The translations under genes and the position numbers were made by a program. A stretch of DNA of 64,000 nucleotides, from positions 82,876-146,875 of the forward strand of contig JBFFQB010000001.1 in the NCBI GenBank assembly GCA_041573795.1, in the 5' to 3' direction. The notes beneath the pieces were generated by a model, which made no database searches, was not told where the DNA came from, and saw only the letters and a program-made list of their open reading frames with translations. Positions 22,793 through 31,805 of this stretch are shown in pieces. The first letter of the stretch is position 1. The number at the start of each line of letters is the position of its first letter. The stretch comes from Anaerolineales bacterium. Lineage in GTDB: Bacteria > Chloroflexota > Anaerolineae > Anaerolineales > E44-bin32.

Positions 22793-23488
22793 ATGTTTCC
22801 AATCAGGGACACAATACGATCACGATCGGTGCCGTTGGCAAACTACGGGATTATCGTTGTCAACGTGGTGGTCTTCCTTTTTCAAACTTCTCTGAGCGAA
22901 CGCGGTTTTTATTTATTGCTGCAGTGGTTTGGTTTGACCCCGGCTGAATTTTCACTCTTCTTGCCGCTGCAATGGATCACCATTTTTACTTCCATGTTTA
23001 TGCATGGGGGCTGGTTCCACCTGATCAGCAACATGTGGATCCTCTTCATCTTCGGCGATAATGTAGAGGATCGCTTGGGGTCACTACGCTACCTGGTTTT
23101 CTACCTATTAGGAGGATCCATTGCGGCTTTGAGCCATGTCTTCTTTTCCCCAAGTTCAAATCTACCAACCGTTGGCGCAAGTGGCGCGGTAGCGGGTGTG
23201 CTGGGAGCATACTTCTTGCTTTACCCGCGGGCGCGTGTTTTGACACTCATCCCCATCCTTTTCCTGCCCTGGTTTGTAGATCTTCCAGCATTTTTCTTCT
23301 TAGGGATATGGTTCCTTTCACAGGTCGCAAACGGCCTCATGGTAGGGGTTGATATGATGACGGGGATTGCCTGGTGGGCGCATATCGGCGGATTTATCTT
23401 TGGGCTACTATTAGTTCGCATGTTTGCATCGCGCCAGCCAACAGTCGAGGTGACCTACCACCAAGGCCAGCGCTGGCCGCCACAATGA
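22793..23488 (+). CDS. rhomboid-family intramembrane serine protease
   Basis: HLISNMW, catalytic GASGAVAGVLGAY and HIGGFIFG motifs; six TM helices. Confidence 0.9.
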   Translation: MFPIRDTIRSRSVPLANYGIIVVNVVVFLFQTSLSERGFYLLLQWFGLTPAEFSLFLPLQWITIFTSMFMHGGWFHLISNMWILFIFGDNVEDRLGSLRYLVFYLLGGSIAALSHVFFSPSSNLPTVGASGAVAGVLGAYFLLYPRARVLTLIPILFLPWFVDLPAFFFLGIWFLSQVANGLMVGVDMMTGIAWWAHIGGFIFGLLLVRMFASRQPTVEVTYHQGQRWPPQ

Positions 23489-23611
23489 TGGCCTACATGT
23501 TGGTGTATTGTCAGGATTAATTAGATAACCATCATATGATCTACGCGCGATAATCGATAATGTCAGCGCAGTTATTTGAAGGCAAATAGGTTCATTTAAA
23601 GGATTCAGTCC

Positions 23612-24400
23612 ATGGAAAAATATGATATGACACCAATCGATCTTAACCAGGCAGATCTCAAGCAACTGACTTCTCTTCCCGGGATTGGTCAGAGTATGGC
23701 AAAACGGATCATTGCTGGGCGCCCATACCAAGCTGTTGACGACCTGTTGCAGATTAAGGGATTAGGACGGGCTACGCTTGCGCGCATTCGACCGTTTCTT
23801 GTGTTGAAGAGCGGAGAACAAGCAGAATCGGGGGAATTGGCCGGAGAAGGAGATTCAGGTAAAGCTGGGCAAAGTTCATCTGAACGGCTTTCCCTGAACG
23901 ATCGCCTCGATAAAATTGCTACAGATCTAATGGATAGATTTCAGGTTTCAAACCAGGTTCTGGGATTAGTGATCATAAGTGGAGCCGTTAGCATGATCTT
24001 TTCGGTGATCCTCTCGCTTGCTATCCTGATAGGCATTAACCGCACTCTTAATTTTGGCCGACATTCCTCCGTGCGGGAAATGCGCGTAGAACTGACACAG
24101 ATGGGTTCACAGCTCGCAGATTTAACGGCCGATTTATCCAGCGTAGATCAGAGGCTTCAGGCTGTTGAAGGTTTAAGTGGGCGCATGGCCACACTAGAAT
24201 CGGAATTTGACCAGATTCAGGAGGATGTAGATCGGGCTGTAAAGAGTGTCGACAAGCTATCGGAGGATGTCGAACGTATCTCGGAAGATGTGGGGGGCAT
24301 GCAAGAGCAAGTGACTCGTTTCAGCGGTTTTCTTGAAGGATTGCGCCAAATAATTATCGACCTGTTTGAGCCGGTTGATGTAACCCCCTCGGCACAATAA
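23612..24400 (+). CDS. ComEA-like helix-hairpin-helix protein fused to TM helix and coiled coil
   Basis: N-terminal HhH pair (LNQADLKQLTSLPGIGQSMAKRII...IKGLGRATLARI), one TM helix, then a heptad-rich acidic coiled coil. Confidence 0.7.
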   Translation: MEKYDMTPIDLNQADLKQLTSLPGIGQSMAKRIIAGRPYQAVDDLLQIKGLGRATLARIRPFLVLKSGEQAESGELAGEGDSGKAGQSSSERLSLNDRLDKIATDLMDRFQVSNQVLGLVIISGAVSMIFSVILSLAILIGINRTLNFGRHSSVREMRVELTQMGSQLADLTADLSSVDQRLQAVEGLSGRMATLESEFDQIQEDVDRAVKSVDKLSEDVERISEDVGGMQEQVTRFSGFLEGLRQIIIDLFEPVDVTPSAQ

Positions 24401-24413
24401 GGAGCTATGTCGA

Positions 24414-25256
24414 ATGACAGAAGAGATGAAATATGAAGCTGTACAAGGTGAAGAAGTTGAGCGCCGATCTGAGGTGCCCGGGGTGATGCGCAAACTTGGA
24501 CGTGTCCTGTTCCGAACCTTAGTGGCGATCATCGTAGGTCTCGCCATCGGGATTGGCCTTTACTACGGCGCGCTCCGATTATATCGAGAAGCGATCGAGC
24601 CCATTCAAGGTTACGGAGACCGCATCCTTGATCTTGAGCGCAGACTGGATCTACTCTCGAAGGATATGGAAGTTGAGAGCCAGGAGCTGAATGACAGACA
24701 GGCCAGCATTGAAGGCCGTCTTGCGATGCAAGCTGAGGCACTGGCATCCGTGGAAGCTTTGGTCGATGCGGCCCAAGAAGACTTGCGGGAACAGCGAGGT
24801 ATTTTGAACGCAGTAGGGGAGCTTGAGGGCCAAGTGGAGGACTTAACGCTTGCAGTGGACAATGTCTCCTCGCTTGTTGAGCAATTTGAGCTGGAGATTG
24901 TGGCCGGCGACCTGACTGCGCAGCGGGTGCATCGCACCGCAACTTACCTTCGAGCCATGAGTCTGCTCACACGAGCGCAGTTGGAGTTGGATCGGGATAA
25001 TTATGGTTTCGCCGCAGAGCAAATTGCGGCGGCGAGAGCGATCATGTCCGGGTTAATTGTTGTCGATGAGACGAGCGGGGAGAGCGTTGGTGATGAGGCC
25101 CTTGTGGGGCTGATCCTGGAACGATTGGATGCTGTCTTGTTGGATCTGCCTAGCCGGCCAGCAGTTGCCGGCGATGGACTCGAAGCGGTTTGGAAGCTAT
25201 TCATGGAAGCAGTACAACCAGTACAATTAGAACAACCCGAAACGGGAGGCGAATGA
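24414..25256 (+). CDS. single-pass membrane coiled-coil protein, function unknown
   Basis: N-terminal TM (LVAIIVGLAIGIGLYYGAL) followed by long Glu/Leu/Ala-rich coiled coil. GGAG 9 nt upstream. Confidence 0.6.
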   Translation: MTEEMKYEAVQGEEVERRSEVPGVMRKLGRVLFRTLVAIIVGLAIGIGLYYGALRLYREAIEPIQGYGDRILDLERRLDLLSKDMEVESQELNDRQASIEGRLAMQAEALASVEALVDAAQEDLREQRGILNAVGELEGQVEDLTLAVDNVSSLVEQFELEIVAGDLTAQRVHRTATYLRAMSLLTRAQLELDRDNYGFAAEQIAAARAIMSGLIVVDETSGESVGDEALVGLILERLDAVLLDLPSRPAVAGDGLEAVWKLFMEAVQPVQLEQPETGGE

Positions 25257-25900
25257 TGCAAGAACAGGATGATCAAGGTCTTCAGCCAGAAAGCCCTAAG
25301 CCTGATGTTGCAGGCGAACCCGAGCCATTTGTGGCCTCAACGGCGGAACCCGTCCTTGAGGAACCTAAGCTTCCGCCAAAGCGCTTGAGGCGAGCACTGC
25401 TCTGGGCACTTAGCCTGGTTGTCATCCTTGCTGCTGGTGTGATTCTGACATGGACTCTTCGTGTTCAACCACAGGCTGTAGCCCTTGCCGATGCGGAAGC
25501 CGAAATCCTCTCGGCACAGGATCAGATCAATGCACAAAGCGCTGAACTGGAGAAATTACGACCACTGGTTGATCAAAACGAACAACTAATAGAAGAACTG
25601 TCCCTTTCAAAAGCCCATCTAGATTTGTTAAATGTCTTGGTGGATGTGACAACAGCGCAACTGGCCTTGGCCCAAGAGGACGATATCGCCGCTCTGGCCG
25701 CCTTGACCGGTACCGATGCAAACCTCGCTATGCTGGAAGCCACACTTGATGGTTCAAATGCGGAAGAAGTGCGCGAAATGAGCAGTCGGTTGCAGCTTGT
25801 ACTCGAAGAAGTGGAGAGTGATGCCTTCGCGGCTCGGCGCGATCTAGAGATACTAGCCAATAACTTATTAGCACTGGAAAGAGTCTTATTCGGCGACTAG
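25253..25900 (+). CDS. single-pass membrane coiled-coil protein, function unknown
   Basis: ATG overlaps the previous stop (ATGA), GGGAGG upstream. TM (ALLWALSLVVILAAGVILTW) then coiled coil. Confidence 0.6.
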   Translation: MMQEQDDQGLQPESPKPDVAGEPEPFVASTAEPVLEEPKLPPKRLRRALLWALSLVVILAAGVILTWTLRVQPQAVALADAEAEILSAQDQINAQSAELEKLRPLVDQNEQLIEELSLSKAHLDLLNVLVDVTTAQLALAQEDDIAALAALTGTDANLAMLEATLDGSNAEEVREMSSRLQLVLEEVESDAFAARRDLEILANNLLALERVLFGD

Positions 25901-25914
25901 CAGTTGCCTCGATC

Positions 25915-25952
25915 AAAAAACTCCACAGCCATTAATCGCTGTGGAGTTTTTT
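25915..25952. terminator. bidirectional rho-independent terminator
   Basis: A-tract, CTCCACAGC-cattaatc-GCTGTGGAG stem-loop, T-tract; between convergent genes. Confidence 0.85.
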
Positions 25953-26002
25953 ATTTGCCACACCCAGCTGGCTGTGGCAGAAAGGAAAGGCTGACTATTT
26001 GA

Positions 26003-27232
26003 CTATGGTCGCGCCCCGGCGGTGAGCTCGAGCTCCAACTCCTCGTTATCGCGTACTATCGTTAATGTAACAACCTGGCCTACTTCGATATTCTTGAAAA
26101 GATAGGAGATTAGGTCGTCGTAACGCTGGACGGGATAACCATCAATGGCAGTGATCAAATCCCCTCCGACAAGCAAACCCGGGATATCACTCTCGCTCTG
26201 ACCGCCGCGCAATCCCGCCCTATCAGCGGGACCATTGCGTACGACTTCGGTGATATACGCACCAGAAGTGTTGCTTCCAAACCCAAGCGCTTCCAAGGTC
26301 TTTAAGTTCCAAAAAGTATCATTCAAACTCGAAATTCCTAGATAGGGATAATCGTATTTGCCATTTTCGATCAAGCTCGGGGCGACGCGGCGCAGGATAT
26401 TTACCGGAATGGCAAAACTGACACCAGAATTGACCGCACTGCCTTCCACCGAGAAAGCCTCTGTTTGGATCGCCCGGTTTATACCTACAACCTGGCCATT
26501 TAAATTCAGCAAGGGACCGCCAGAATTTCCGGGGTTGATGGCAGCATCAGTTTGGATCAGATCCCCAGCTGAAAAGCTGCCTCCGCCCGGCGCCCGGCGC
26601 TCAGAATCGAGTGTGCGCCCGATGGCCGATACAATTCCAACCGTCATTGTGCCTGAAAGGCCAAATGGGTTGCCGATGGCAACAACGAATTGTCCAACGG
26701 AAACGAGATCTGAATCTCCTAGAGGCAGCGGAACGAGAAACGGCTCAGGGACATTCACCTTGAGAACAGCGAGGTCCGAATCGGGATCGGTGCCGAGCAA
26801 GGTAGCCCACGATTTAATCCCGGTGGGGAGGTCTACCTCGATTTCAACGGCATTTTCGATTACATGCTGATTGGTTACGATGTGGCCTTGTTTGTCGATC
26901 ACGAACCCAGATCCTTGGCCGCTGGGGATCGCTTCATCGTGCGGTGGACCGACATCAGCGTAGGCCCATATCGTTACCACGCCCGGGCTGATATTGCTAT
27001 ATAGGCTGGTGAGATCACCCTCAATCAAGGGCCCTGCATTCTCGATAACTGGGGCGGGGAGGGTGAAATCCGGGGCAGGTTGTGCGGGGAGTGGTGTGGT
27101 GGGGGCATTGGTTGGTTGCAGCTGTATCGGGATCAAACCTGAAAGGCTACACGCCAGGCTTGTCACTAGCAGAGTGCTTATCACGACGAATGAAGCTCTT
27201 TTTCTAACCATATCCACCATGTCCTCGACCAA
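26003..27232 (-). CDS. HtrA/DegP-family serine protease with PDZ domain
   Basis: Catalytic triad context (TNQHVI, DLAVLKV, GNSGGPLLN) and C-terminal PDZ. Start may be the internal ATG at 27220 or 27211. Confidence 0.9.
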   Translation of the reverse strand: MVEDMVDMVRKRASFVVISTLLVTSLACSLSGLIPIQLQPTNAPTTPLPAQPAPDFTLPAPVIENAGPLIEGDLTSLYSNISPGVVTIWAYADVGPPHDEAIPSGQGSGFVIDKQGHIVTNQHVIENAVEIEVDLPTGIKSWATLLGTDPDSDLAVLKVNVPEPFLVPLPLGDSDLVSVGQFVVAIGNPFGLSGTMTVGIVSAIGRTLDSERRAPGGGSFSAGDLIQTDAAINPGNSGGPLLNLNGQVVGINRAIQTEAFSVEGSAVNSGVSFAIPVNILRRVAPSLIENGKYDYPYLGISSLNDTFWNLKTLEALGFGSNTSGAYITEVVRNGPADRAGLRGGQSESDIPGLLVGGDLITAIDGYPVQRYDDLISYLFKNIEVGQVVTLTIVRDNEELELELTAGARP

Positions 27233-27242
27233 CCCATCTCAC

Positions 27243-28163
27243 TTATGTTTTGCGTAGAGTTTTAAGTTCTTCGTACAGCTCACGTTCTCGCTTGGATAGC
27301 TTGCTCGGGATCTCTATCCTTAGTTCCGCAAATAGGTCTCCATGCCGGGATTTTGATTTCAAATGAGGCATCCCGCGTCCTTTCAATCGAAAAGTCTGTC
27401 CTGGTTGACTACCAGCAGGGATCGTGAGCATAACATCACCGACCGGTGTGGGCACGCGGACTTCACCGCCGAGAACGGCAGTCAATAATTCGACGCTTAC
27501 CGCTGTATACAGTTCATCACCCTTGCGCTTGAAGCGAGCATCTTTTGCGACCTGGACGAGCAGGTAGAGATCTCCTGATTGGCGTCCGCTCTCCTCACCC
27601 CTCCCACTAATCCGTACTCTCGTGCCGTTGCGAGCCCCCGGAGGGATCTTTACTTCAAGCCGTTTTCCATTGCGCTGGATCGTTCGAGAGGTCCCAGTAT
27701 AAGCCTCCTGCAATGAGATGGTGATTGGATGTTCGATGTCGCGACCTCGCATGCGACGGGAACTATCCATGCCAGGGCCGGAGGGATTGATTCCGCCAAA
27801 AATACTGGTGAAGAAATCGGAAAAACCACCCATCATATCGCCCAGGTCGCCGACCTCGACGCGTACGCCTCCGCCGGGGAATCCGGAGGTCCACTGGGAC
27901 CAATCAAATCCGCCTGGCTGGCCACCGGTGCGTTCCCAGGCACGATAGGATGAGCCCAGCTGGTCATACTTGGCGCGCTTCTCAGGATCACCGAGCACCT
28001 CATAGGCTTCGTTGATCTCTTTGAAGCGGGATTCCGCTTGATTGTCGCCCGGGTTCTTGTCAGGGTGAAGCTCTAAGGCGAGTTTGCGATATTTTCGCTT
28101 AATATCATCGGCGCTAGCTTTACGGTCGACGCCGAGGATTTTGTAATAATCTTTGTAATCCAT
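27243..28163 (-). CDS. DnaJ-class co-chaperone without zinc finger (CbpA-like)
   Basis: [12 protein letters not shown]...HPDKNPG J-domain, Gly-rich linker, DnaJ C-terminal domains, no CxxCxGxG repeats. Confidence 0.9.
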   Translation of the reverse strand: MDYKDYYKILGVDRKASADDIKRKYRKLALELHPDKNPGDNQAESRFKEINEAYEVLGDPEKRAKYDQLGSSYRAWERTGGQPGGFDWSQWTSGFPGGGVRVEVGDLGDMMGGFSDFFTSIFGGINPSGPGMDSSRRMRGRDIEHPITISLQEAYTGTSRTIQRNGKRLEVKIPPGARNGTRVRISGRGEESGRQSGDLYLLVQVAKDARFKRKGDELYTAVSVELLTAVLGGEVRVPTPVGDVMLTIPAGSQPGQTFRLKGRGMPHLKSKSRHGDLFAELRIEIPSKLSKRERELYEELKTLRKT

Positions 28164-28181
28164 TTTTTTACACCTACTTCG

Positions 28182-28211
28182 ATTGTAAGCGGGCGTGGGA
28201 AAGCAAGTCAA
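28182..28211 (-). promoter_or_regulatory. candidate sigma70 promoter of the cbpA-like/htrA operon
   Basis: On the minus strand: TTGACT (28206-28211), 18 nt, TACAAT (28182-28187), then AGGTG and the ATG. Confidence 0.55.
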
Positions 28212-28309
28212 GAATATGGCCGGGATCTAATGGGAATCTAATATTCACTGCGGAAGCTGGCCAAAGTGGGTGATATTCAGGCGTAGGTGATCCGTGCTAT
28301 GATAGCTGC

Positions 28310-29479
28310 ATGGTGCCGGCAGCGAAGCTAGAACGAATCCTTGTTGTCGATGAAGATCCCGACGTTCTCCATCTTCTGGGACAGCAGATACTTGAACCGA
28401 TGGGATATAAGCTTGCCACCGCGAGTGATGGCGCTACGGCTATTCAGCATGCATTGCAGTTTGGGCCCGACATTATCATCGCCAGCCTCACCTTGCCGGG
28501 CTTGAGCGGCAAGGATCTGCTCGTGGCATTGCGTTCTCAGGGTACCAATGTTCCCATGTTGGTTACAGCACCAAAAGGGATGGAAAGCGATGCGATCCAA
28601 GCCTTTCGCCTGGGGGCTCATGATTACCTCAGCAAGCCATTACGAGAAGCTGAGGTTGTTTCAGCATTGGAGCGCGTGATTAAAGAAATCCGCTTGAGGC
28701 AGGAGCATCGCCAGCTTGCAGAACAGCTCGCCGAAAGCAATCGCCAGCTTGAGCGGCGAGTCCGGGAGCTGACAACCCTTTTTGGACTCGGCAAGACTGT
28801 GACCTCGACGACCAATCAGTCCCAACTCTTTTCAAAGCTGATTGAGGGTAGTTTGTATGTGACCGAAGCCGACATGGGTTGGGTTTTAGTCCGCAGCGAG
28901 GATTCTGATCAATTGATCCTGCGTGCTGAGCGTCAATTACCTGAGAGGATGGCGCCAAAACTACAGAAACCGTTTGATGATGGCGTAAGCTCGTTGGTGA
29001 TGCTGTCGGGCGAGACGCTTGCGATCCAGGGTGAGGGCTTGGCAAAATTCAAACTCGCCCAATTTTGCTCGACAGCGTTGATTGCGCCAGTGAAGGTGAA
29101 GGATCAACCCATTGGTGTAATCGGCGTGGCCAGGCAGCACGAGCGACCATTTACAGAGCGTCAACAGGTGATGTTGGAAGCCGTTGCTGATTATGCTTCC
29201 ATCTCGTTGGTGAATGCACGACTATTCCAGGCGCTGGAAGATCGAGCAAAACGCCTTGAACGTGAGATCCGAAAATCTAGCGCAGAAGTACAGAATGACC
29301 AATTGTGGCTGTCAGAAGTCCATCGAAGCCTTCGTGCGGCCTATGCAGAGATTGAAGCCTTGGCAGGAGCGCAGAAGAATGAAAAAAGTGCCGAGCAACT
29401 TAAACTGGTTCGCCGAGATATCGAATCGGTTTTAGAACGGATCGACGATATCCAAGAGGCGAAAGATAATCCCTCGTAA
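28310..29479 (+). CDS. atypical receiver (phospho-acceptor Asp replaced by Ser) - GAF - coiled-coil protein
   Basis: REC fold with acidic pocket VVDED, conserved T and K (DYLSKP). The acceptor position reads DIIIASLTLPG where canonical domains have D. GAF domain follows. Confidence 0.85.
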   Translation: MVPAAKLERILVVDEDPDVLHLLGQQILEPMGYKLATASDGATAIQHALQFGPDIIIASLTLPGLSGKDLLVALRSQGTNVPMLVTAPKGMESDAIQAFRLGAHDYLSKPLREAEVVSALERVIKEIRLRQEHRQLAEQLAESNRQLERRVRELTTLFGLGKTVTSTTNQSQLFSKLIEGSLYVTEADMGWVLVRSEDSDQLILRAERQLPERMAPKLQKPFDDGVSSLVMLSGETLAIQGEGLAKFKLAQFCSTALIAPVKVKDQPIGVIGVARQHERPFTERQQVMLEAVADYASISLVNARLFQALEDRAKRLEREIRKSSAEVQNDQLWLSEVHRSLRAAYAEIEALAGAQKNEKSAEQLKLVRRDIESVLERIDDIQEAKDNPS

Positions 29480-29556
29480 GAGATAGCGGGGATCATAAGC
29501 TTCGAGTTTCCCATGAGCGACTGGACAATTTTTAGCAATTCGATGGGGGTATATTC

Positions 29557-31473
29557 GTGACCGGCGAACTTGTTTTAGTTGCAGACGATAGCGGCGAGGT
29601 CCGTCGTTTTCTCGAGGAGCGGGTCCTCATCCCTGCGGGTTATCGTGTTCGCTCTGTTGGTGATGGAATGTCAGCGCTCGCGTTAGCGCAGGAACTCGAC
29701 CCGGATGTTGTTATCACCGACCATCAGATGCCAAACCTGACGGGTTTGCAGCTGATTGAGCGGCTACGGAAAAAATCACCCCAAACACCAGTCATCCTTA
29801 TCAGCAGCGAGGGATCAGAATTGATGGCGATTGAAGCCAATCGGGCTGGTGCTGCTGATTTCCTGGTCAAGCCCTTTCCAGCGGATACGATGCTCGATTC
29901 ACTCCAGCGGGTACTGGGACGTTCGCTTAAGGCCGTGACCCGTCCAACCGGTGCAACGCCTCCGCAGCTAGAAGCCGATTTGCAACGGCGATTGCATGAA
30001 TTGGAGACCTTGGCGCGCATCGGACGTACCGTTACTGCAATGCTCAACGTGGATGAGGTGCTTCGGACAGTCGTAGAAGAGGCAGTTCACCTTACAGGTG
30101 CAGAAGAGGGAAGCTTGCTGCTGCTGGATAAAGAGAATGGTGAGCTGTACATGCGGGCATCTAAGAATTTTGATGATGATTTTGCCAGTGCCTTCAGATT
30201 ACACGTTCGCGATTCGCTTGCCGGTCAAGTGATCAAGACCGGAAAACCGATCCTGCTCGATGAGCGCTCGCCACAGAAAATCAAGACTGCCTACCTGGTT
30301 CACTCCCTAATTTATGTCCCCATGCAAGTACGCGGAAAAACGATCGGAGTGTTAGGAGTTGACAACCGCAAAGCAGGAAGGGTGCTCAGCCAACAAGATG
30401 TAACCGTCATGATGGCTATGGCTGACTACGCGGCGATCGCGATTGAAAATGCACAACTCTATTACCGCACCGAAAGTGAACGACGCAAACTAGAAACAGT
30501 GATCCGGGATACCCGCAGCGGGGTTATTGTGGTTGATCCAGAGTATCGCGTGATGCTGCTGAATCAGACAGCCAAAGAGGCGTTCCGGGTAAGAGGTGAA
30601 TATTTCGGCCACTCCATTGCAGAGGTCTTTGACCACTCCCATTTGCTTGAGGTTATTCGATCTGGAACAGGGTCGCCCCGGCGGGAAGAAGTCGGCGTCG
30701 CGGATGGGAGAATCTTCAGCGTTCAGAAAAGCTCGATTAACGGGGTTGGCTATTCTATTGTGATGCATGACATCACGCATCTGAAAGATCTGGATCGGAT
30801 CAAATCGGAATTTGTGACCACGGTTTCGCATGATTTGCGCTCACCGCTCACGGCGATATTGGGTTACGTGGAATTGATTGAGCGGGCGGGGCCGCTGACA
30901 GCACAGCAGGAAGATTTTGTTGGACGTGTTCGTATCAGTGTTGAGCAGATCGCGGATCTGGTCAGCGATTTATTGGATCTTGGCCGGATCGAATCAGGAT
31001 TAGACACGACCAAAGAGCGGACACCGATGGCTGTGCTCATCCATTATGCTCTTGACAATTTTCGCAACCGAATTATGGATAAAGGGCTGCGTTTAGAGCC
31101 CAAAATACAGGATGGCCTGCCATTTATCCATGGGGATCCGATTCGATTACGACAACTGGTTGACAATTTGCTAGAGAACGCCATGAAGTACACGCCCTCT
31201 GAAGGGACGATTTTTGTTGAGGCCGAGTCAGAAGATAACCAAGTCATCCTGCGCGTTCGTGATACCGGACCCGGAATACCGTCTCAAGATCAGCCATTCC
31301 TTTTCGATAAATTCTTCCGAGCCAGCAATGCACCTGAGGATGCGCCCGGAACAGGTCTGGGTTTGTCGATTGTGAAATCAATTGTGGATCAGCATGAAGG
31401 TCGAATCTGGGTCGAATCTGAGCTGGGGAAGGGCGCCACGTTCATCGTTGTGCTGCCGGCACTTCCGGTATAA
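29557..31473 (+). CDS. hybrid REC-GAF-PAS histidine kinase
   Basis: Canonical REC (DVVITDHQMPNLTG), GAF, PAS, H-box (FVTTVSHDLRSPLTAI) and HATPase_c (DTGPGI, GTGLGLSI). Confidence 0.9.
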   Translation: MTGELVLVADDSGEVRRFLEERVLIPAGYRVRSVGDGMSALALAQELDPDVVITDHQMPNLTGLQLIERLRKKSPQTPVILISSEGSELMAIEANRAGAADFLVKPFPADTMLDSLQRVLGRSLKAVTRPTGATPPQLEADLQRRLHELETLARIGRTVTAMLNVDEVLRTVVEEAVHLTGAEEGSLLLLDKENGELYMRASKNFDDDFASAFRLHVRDSLAGQVIKTGKPILLDERSPQKIKTAYLVHSLIYVPMQVRGKTIGVLGVDNRKAGRVLSQQDVTVMMAMADYAAIAIENAQLYYRTESERRKLETVIRDTRSGVIVVDPEYRVMLLNQTAKEAFRVRGEYFGHSIAEVFDHSHLLEVIRSGTGSPRREEVGVADGRIFSVQKSSINGVGYSIVMHDITHLKDLDRIKSEFVTTVSHDLRSPLTAILGYVELIERAGPLTAQQEDFVGRVRISVEQIADLVSDLLDLGRIESGLDTTKERTPMAVLIHYALDNFRNRIMDKGLRLEPKIQDGLPFIHGDPIRLRQLVDNLLENAMKYTPSEGTIFVEAESEDNQVILRVRDTGPGIPSQDQPFLFDKFFRASNAPEDAPGTGLGLSIVKSIVDQHEGRIWVESELGKGATFIVVLPALPV

Positions 31474-31497
31474 GGAGTGAGGAACGGAATTAAAGTT

Positions 31498-31524
31498 GAA
31501 ACGCTGCCAAGCCGGCAGCGTTTC
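31498..31524 (+). terminator. stem-loop after the kinase gene
   Basis: GAAACGCTGCC-aagcc-GGCAGCGTTTC, an 11-bp perfect stem. The downstream T-tract is weak. Confidence 0.6.
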
Positions 31525-31805
31525 AGTTCTTTAAAAAGCGCCTCCGCCGGGGCGGTGAGGGGGGTAACCCGACGGAGGCCTTCGCCAAAGGAGGAGACAG
31601 CGATGAGCATAGGGGTGCTCCGTCTCTCGTCTCCGGCGTTATAATACTCGCTTGAAATTCAAGGCACTATTGTTGAAGATCATTGGGGCTGCGTGACTTT
31701 CATCCATGCCAGTAACGATCAGAGACAACCGGGAAGTTGATCGTTCTCCTCTACATGTTTGTGATGCGAGCAGCTGGGCGCATCGCCTAGTTTCCTGGGC
31801 TTGAT

